Origin: Octopus bimaculoides
Lineage: Eukaryota
DNA length: 64,000 bases
NCBI RefSeq assembly: GCF_001194135.2
Contig: NC_069000.1
Span: 14,404,300 to 14,468,299, forward strand
Direction: 5' to 3'
Under the pieces are notes generated by a model, which worked only from the letters and a program-made list of their open reading frames with translations, had not been told where the DNA came from and ran no database searches. Below, one piece after another: positions 56,661 through 64,000 of the stretch; position 1 is the first letter of the stretch; each line of letters starts with the position of its first letter. Made by a program: the position numbers and the translations under genes.

Positions 56661-56869
56661 ATAGATGACAAATATGATAGGGTGCTTGCAAAGATCACGT
56701 GATCCCGCAGTTCTGGTCTGCTAGCAGATGATTCTCGTTTGCCAACGATATAAATACGTGACTTTTATGCTCCACGCGCCCATATGAGAGGTCCTCTCAA
56801 GACCAGTGTCGCAGTATTCATCGCTCTAGCAAAACATATATATATATATAGTTGAAATTTATAGAAAAA

Positions 56870-56975
56870 TAAGACGAAGACAGGTGTATGAACAGCAAAC
56901 AGGTGTATTAGTTTGGCGCTCGGGAAAATGAAAAAGTCTTTTACGTTTCGAGCCTACGCGATTCAACAGAAAGGA
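56870..56975 (-). mobile_element. Penelope-like terminal-repeat fragment with a degenerate hammerhead motif; same family as 58720-58830, 59165-59275 and 63790-63920(+)
   Basis: Shared GCTCGAAA(C/T)GT and GAGCG(T/C)CA(T/A)ACTAATA blocks, each running into (TA)n. Confidence 0.5.
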
Positions 56976-56989
56976 ATAAGAGAAAATAA

Positions 56990-57062
56990 ACAGAGGGAGA
57001 AGAGAGAGAGAAAGAGGAGAGAGGAAAGAGTGAAAGAGAGAGAGTGAAAGAGAGAGAGTGAA

Positions 57063-57097
<35 letters not shown>

Positions 57098-57369
57098 ATT
57101 AAAAAAAAAACATAGTTTTAGCAGTCAAGCATGCCAAATGATTAGAAAAAAGTTTGAAAGAAGTTGGAAGGAAGGGAGATAATAAAGTGCTGGTGATGCC
57201 AAATTAAGGTGCGCTTTAGCGTGTGTGTATGGGAAAATGATGTGTGTGAATAGGGGCTATTGACTGACGCATGTATGTGTGTGTATATATATGTATGTAG
57301 ATATATCTATCTATCTGTGGTGTGCGCGTGTTGTGCCCGCGCGCGCGCGTGCGTGCGTGCGTGCGTGCG

Positions 57370-57415
<46 letters not shown>

Positions 57416-57485
57416 CATATATATATACACACACACATATATATATACATACATAGATACATACACACACATACAAATACATATA
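56990..57485. repeat. Compound microsatellite block: (GA)n, (GC)n, (GCGT)n, (TA)n, (CA)n
   Basis: Seen directly. Confidence 0.9.
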
Positions 57486-58224
57486 CAGAAATAGTACCAG
57501 ACTTTAAAATATGAAGTACCAGGGTCGTTTTGTTTATCTAAACCCTTCAAAGCGTGCTCCAGCATGGCCGCAGTCTAATGACTGAAACAAGTAAAAAAAT
57601 AATGTGTGTGTGTGATTGTGCGTGCGTGTGCTCGCGTTTTATGTATACAAGCTCGCATACACACACACATAATTAAGTCTGTTATAAAGATCACGCCAGA
57701 TTAGATGATAAGTTTCTCATCTTATTCATTAATGCTGTTTGGCCTGCTAATGAGCTCTAACAGAATGCGACTTGCTTCATATGAAAGAAAAAAAAATCTT
57801 GTTAATAAATGAACGCTGTAAATGAAACCATGAACGCTGTAAATGAAGTAAACAAGATTTGTTAGCAAAGAAGAGGTAGAAAAATAGGTCACTCGTATTA
57901 GCATATGCCGTTTGCTAATTTTCTTGTACTTTTTAAAACCTTCCTTTATATTAGATTGCAATCATGTTATTCTCTCTTGCCTTTACTGTATTCGTGCTAA
58001 ATAGTTATACATTTAAGAGTTTACTAAAACATCTAATACTGCTGCATGCATGTCTGTTTTATTACTTTCCACTCGCTATTGGTGAATTTTTCTCGTAGAT
58101 ATACGTATATATATATTACGTATATCAAACGAACGTACAGAGGTTGCACTTGTGAAGTTAAATAGTTGCGGAACATTATTTGTATAGATTCATATATCAA
58201 TGTGTATCATGTTAAGTTCGTAAT

Positions 58225-58257
<33 letters not shown>

Positions 58258-58788
58258 GCTTACATACACACACTTTACCGCGGCCATAGATGTGTTCTTT
58301 TTTTGTATCTGGTTACTGGAGATAAGGTTGTATTGTTGCCGTACTGATGACGGCTATTGAGTCAGAAACAAGTGCCGACAACTGTCCTTTTATCTCTAGA
58401 CAATAGCTTTCAAGAATTTGTTTCTCGAAATTATATCCCTTGTCAAGTGCATGTGGTCTTAATTGTGATTTGCTAATTATAATACATCCTGTAGAGGCAG
58501 ACATAATTTTAATAAATCGAGGACGTATCTTGTATGGTATTTGATATACCTGTATTTCAAACTTTTTCATATTTATCTATCTATCTGTTTGTCTCTCTCT
58601 CCCTCTCTCTATATATATACGCCTGCTTGTTGTTCCTTCAGCTGTTTTCGTCTTTTGCCATCTGTAAATTTGAACTATATATATATATATATATATATGG
58701 GAGAATATACAAAAAATAACAACAGACGAGGACAGGTGGTGTAAATAACAAAAGTATATATTAGTATGACGCTCGGGAATACGGAAAG

Positions 58789-58825
58789 TCTTTGACGTTT
58801 CGAGCTACGCTCTTCAACAGAAAGA
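58789..58825 (-). ncRNA. Minimal type-I hammerhead-ribozyme-like motif in a Penelope-like terminal repeat (identical copy 59235-59271)
   Basis: Minus strand reads UCUUU-CUGUUGA-A-GAGC-GUA-GCUC-GAA-ACGU-C-AAAGA: 5-bp stem I, core with A6U, extra A, 4-bp stem II, palindromic stem III, GUC site. Confidence 0.5.
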
Positions 58826-59304
58826 ATACATATATAANNNNNNNNNNNNNNNNNNNNNNNNNNNNNNNNNNNNNNNNNNNNNNNNNNNNNNNNNNNNNNN
58901 NNNNNNNNNNNNNNNNNNNNNNNNNNNNNNNNNNNNNNNNNNNNNNNNNNNNNNNNNNNNNNNNNNNNNNNNNNNNNNNNNNNNNNNNNNNNNNNNNNNN
59001 NNNNNNNNNNNNNNNNNNNNNNNNNNNNNNNNNNNNNNNNNNNNNNNNNNNNNNNNNNNNNNNNNNNNNNNNNNNNNNNNNNNNNNNNNNNNNNNNNNNN
59101 NNNNNNNNNNNAAATTTGAACTATATATATATATATATATATATGGGAGAATATACAAAAAATAACAACAGACGAGGACAGGTGGTGTAAATAACAAAAG
59201 TATATATTAGTATGACGCTCGGGAATACGGAAAGTCTTTGACGTTTCGAGCTACGCTCTTCAACAGAAAGAATACATATATAAATACACACACACACATG
59301 TGTG

Positions 59305-59335
<31 letters not shown>

Positions 59336-62300
59336 CTTTAATTTTTATCATATCCACCCACTGTGATGAGGTGAGGAAGAAAAATAAACTGCATCGGAAG
59401 AAAAGGTTTTGAAAGAAGGTTTAACTTTGGAATAGAAAGTATTTTTATTTTTTATCTTTTACTTGTTTTAGTTATTAGACTGCGGCCATGCTGAGGCACT
59501 GCCTTGAAGAACTTTTAGTCGAATGAATTGATCTCAAGACTTATTATTATTATTATTATTTTTTTGTTAAGCCTGATATTTATTTTGCCGTCTCGGAGGC
59601 ACACACACGCCCCCCACCATATACATATATATAGATACAACGAGCTTCTTTCAGCTTTCAACTACCAAATCCACTCACAAAGCTTTGGTCAGCCCGAGGC
59701 TATAATAGAAGACACATGCCCAAGATGCCACACAGTGGGTCTGAACCCGGAACCGTGTGGTTTGGAGGCAAGCTTCTTACCATATGGCCACAGACGTTGG
59801 AAGGAACGGGACACAGTATGTTTAACTAGAAGAGCATATGTTAATAATGCTTTGGGTGATGCACAGGCTTACCAGGTCAGACACGTAGAATCCTTTGTAA
59901 TAATGACAGGAAAGACGAAAAGAGGAAACAGCGCGTCTGCAATTCTGGTTGTAGTGTATTAGTTTCATTCGTGATTCGTGAGGGAATCTTTGCCAATCAG
60001 CCTTTTGGCGAGTGGTGACGATGTGTGTGTGTGTGTGTGTTTAATACGTATGTGTAGTAGCTGTATTGTTTCAGATATGCGAGTTGAATGTACGCTGTGG
60101 GTTGCGCTTAAGCTTTCTAAAGGTCGGCATCTGATTAGGAGTGAAATATTTACACACACGTGTCACAGATACATGCATACATTTCAAAGCGATGATGTAC
60201 AGTTTTGAGGAGTAAAGTGCACATATATTTTAATAATACTACGTATTCCATCAATCTAGCGGTACCTCTATTCCTTTCTTTCTCTCTTTACTAGTCTCTC
60301 ATTTCTTTCAATCCAGATAATTAGTGGCTATCTCAAGCTTGTGTGTGTAGCGAAGATATATCCTTCAAAATGCAAAGTGACATAGCAATTGTTTATCTAG
60401 AGTAAGTCAAATTAGTTTCATTTGTCGCCTTGGGTAATTGTGGAATATTACAAAAAAAATATTAAATAACAAACCCCAAAAAATAGGAGATAGCCTGCAA
60501 GGGTATATTTAACATGAGCAGATGGCCTTTCTGTAATGACATTGTTTTTTTTATGTCATAGTTATGTCATATTACGTTTCTGTATTTGCATACAGTATTG
60601 GCTTGTCTTGGGTCCTCTGCTCCTGTTGGAGTCTTAAGAGCTCTGCCATGACATATACAGTGGTATAGTCAGAGTGTGTGCCACCCATGGTGGCTCTTGA
60701 ATTTGTTGCTTCCGTCCTTGCCTCCGCTTCTATACAGGTTTATGCAGCAGGTTCAAAAGTGCCAAGCTCTTCAGCTCAATTTTGATTTACGTCATTTTAA
60801 TAGGTTTTAACTTATTACATAAAAATGATGAATTGGCAGAATCGCCTGACAAAATGCTTGGCTACAATTCTTCTGGGTCTCTGTACGCTCGGCGTTCAAA
60901 TCCCGCCTAGGTCAACCTTGCGTTTTCATCTCTTTCGGATCGATAAAATAAAGCATCAATTGTCAAGTACTGGGAACGATGTAATCTACTTGTTCCCTCG
61001 TCTCAAAATAGCAGGCTTTGGATCCTGCAGCAGATTGGCATCCCATTCAGAGAGAATGTCGTGATCTTGGTCACTGATACGCCTTGGAATCCGGGTACCG
61101 GCCTCATGAGTCCAATTGCTAAAAAAAAAAACCCCGAAAATCTTACACATAACCATGCGGTCGTCTGCCACGAGATAACCCCACCTCTCCATAAAACCAG
61201 AGTAACTCGTGACATTTTGGAATAACAAACTTTCATTTTGTAACTGTTACATAGCACTAAATATTTGTTACATAATCACTGAATAAACATCTTACAAATA
61301 TGTTTGTTTATGCATTTTATACCCTTCGTTTATTAAGATATAATCATGAGTGTGTTATAAACTATATATTTGAGTTAAATATTTGTATTACACTCACCCA
61401 CATTCTTGTTTAGTAACACACACATGATAGTAATACGCACTGTTATGCTTTCATATAGACAAACCCACTCAAACTGCAAGAGTCTTATATATAGTTACAA
61501 AATATATATTAATTGAAATCTGATATAATTGAGTTCTTAATAGTAAGATACAACTTAAACGCTATTTAACGACCCCCTTTCTCCGATAACTTCTTTGCAA
61601 CAACATCTTATTCAGCCTTATTCCAGTTATAAAATGCAGTTAACATTCGACCTTGTTTTCATTTTCAATGAGATACTCTTAAGCATTCAGAAATGTATGT
61701 TGTTTGCGAATGGTTTCAGTCCAGTAGGCAGAGCGTTCACGAGACGTTCAGTCCCGTGGACTTTCAGTGTAATAAAAATTATACACGCACACACACACAC
61801 ACACAATGGACATAAAGATATACATAGAAAAATGTATATAATCAGCTCCACTCATCAGTTAAGCAGACGACAGCGATAAGAGAGAGAACAAGACAAGCGA
61901 CGATAACTCTGCCCTCAAACATAGCTCGATCAGTGCTGTTCAGTCCTTTCATGCCTTTTGTATACATTCCCCAACTGCCAATGTTTTGATAAAATAAAAC
62001 AACAAAACAAAACAAAACAACAGCAAATTATTTTAATCAAATAGAAGCTAATTTTAGACAGTGGTTCATATATTATTCATATTTTTTTTACTATCCTATT
62101 CAGTACATGTCGCATTTTAGATATTTGCATAGACAAACACTGAAGAAAGTGGGGACTTATAAAATGGAATTATATTGGACCTTGGTGCATCAACAATCAT
62201 GTTTCTGCACACTGATAACACAGTGATCTTCCTATTCATATCATAATCCCAACAAAGCCTTTATGTTTTGAAACTATTTAAAACATTAGTATTGTACCAG

Positions 62301-63961
62301 GCTTAAATATTTTATTTCTAAGAAAAATCATGGCCGCTCGAAGCACCAAACGTCCTTTGACATTCGCCACCTCCTATGACCTCACAATGTAAGATAGGTC
62401 TACCGTCCAGGTATAAGAACTATTAAGTTATATTGCCATATAAAACTGAATGAATAATGCTTCTTACTAATCGGTACAAGGCCTGGAATGCTTTTGGGTA
62501 GTCGATTACATCGACCTTGGTGCTCAACTGCTACTTAACTTTATCGACCACGAAAGATGACAAGCAAAATCGACCTTATCATGGCTAACTCCTTGTCCGC
62601 GCACCTCCCGTACCATTAAGGTTACATTCTTCAGCGGGCTTAAAAGCCTCAAAGCAATTCTTGTTTCTTCTTAGTCATGCCTCTAGCTGGATCTCCATCG
62701 GTTCCAGCACGTTTTATACCTTTTCTCTGCAGGAGAGCTTCATAGATAGCCGGACAACTAACACGAGTGCTGTTTCCCTTGCTTCCATGTTCTTGTTGGC
62801 ACAACAGAAACCAATACTTTTCTTTAGAGAGAAAATTTATCAGCGGCCTAAATTCCATAAAGATGAATACAAAGTGCCGTTAACCGATGATTTCTGATTT
62901 TATAGTTCTAATAAATATTAAATATTAACTCTAATACATTATCTTTTTGTTGCAGAGGAACATATCGATCTCATTCATAAAAAAAAATATTGATTTTTTT
63001 TTATCTGCTCCAAATGGAAGTGTTTTCATTTCATGAAAAATTATTATTATTATAACTTGATAAAGCGATTTCTTGCATATTGGCAAAAAGCCACAAATTT
63101 ATAAAGGATTGTTAAAATTGATTGAATCCATCCAACAATGTATTTGTGGCAATGGTTTTATCGATTTCGAAAAGCTGAAAGACAAAATCGACCATGCCAA
63201 GAATTTAACTCACGTTGTAGGAGAACAAAAATAAATACTATGCGCTAGTGGATCTTAACACGGGACAGTGGTGCCCTCTTGGGGGCATTGTAGGTTGTTT
63301 AGATTGACACACGTTAAGGGGATGCTATGGTTGGGTGGTTACTGGAGGAAGTCATGATTTTTTGGGAACTAAACCATTTAAAACCTTTTAATATTCAGAA
63401 TATTTCAAATGTTTTAGACACATTTTTTAAAAATCACCTCACCCACCAAACCTTTGTTGGATGCACCAAGATTGTGTGGTTAAGAAACTAGCATTGTAAC
63501 CACTGGGTAATTATCTTCCATTATTGCCCCGGGTTGACGAAAATTTTGTGAGTGAATTTAGCAGACGATAATGTGGTAGCCCATCGTATACATATATTTA
63601 TTTAATCCCTTGATATCTATAGGATTAGAGGATCTTTCTGTGATTGCTACAGGATTCTATGAATCCATATATTGCACAACAAATTTATATATATAAATAT
63701 ATATCCTACTTTCGGTCACTTCAGCAATGCAACTACACACGAGCTGTTGGCGATTTCTTTCCCTTCTTTAGATTTTTCCCTTTCTCCCCTCCGACGAAGA
63801 GCTACGCTCGAAATGTCAAAAACACCCTCTTTTTACTGAGCGTCAAACTAATACATTCCTTGTACACGTTCTCTTGTTGCCTGTTATTGCTAATTTTATT
63901 GTTCGTTTATATGAACTGATTATATATATATATATATAAAAAACATCTTACATAAATTATT

Positions 63962-64000
<39 letters not shown>

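Noticed and set aside
58341-58380. CTGATGA-CGGC-TATTGA-GTCA-GAAAC-AA-GTG, hammerhead-like
   Set aside because: The core is perfect, but the cleavage triplet would be GUG and stem I does not form in register; at best a dead remnant
60596-60736. GC-richer block bounded by AG and GT, resembling an exon
   Set aside because: All three plus-strand frames contain stops, and the open minus frame has no recognisable motif

Overview
AT-rich eukaryotic genomic DNA with seven N gaps. The SINE and microsatellite content looks like a coleoid cephalopod, probably Octopus (inference, not a database match). Positions 1.9-31.4 kb (+) hold the 3' 28 coding exons of a trithorax/MLL1-2 (KMT2A/B-type) H3K4 methyltransferase. 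I spliced these by hand at GT-AG junctions into one continuous 9,811-nt frame (~3,270 codons to TGA at 31369-31371). Domain order is end of CXXC, PHD1-3, atypical bromodomain, ePHD, FYRN, long linker, FYRC, Win, SET, post-SET. The 5' part lies upstream of the window. Unusual protein features are a ~620-aa Ser/Thr-rich insertion splitting the bromodomain, a C2HC zinc finger in the FYRN-FYRC linker, no canonical Taspase1 site and a non-canonical Win motif (GCIRTE). The rest (33-64 kb) has no recognisable gene and is mostly tRNA-derived SINEs, MITEs, an RTE LINE 3' fragment and microsatellites. The most interesting non-genic signal is a repeat family carrying a minimal type-I hammerhead-ribozyme-like fold with an extra core A and a palindromic ACGT stem III, like the dimer-cleaving ribozymes of Penelope-like elements. 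There are also two long hairpins and an apparent CpG-content step near 36.3 kb.
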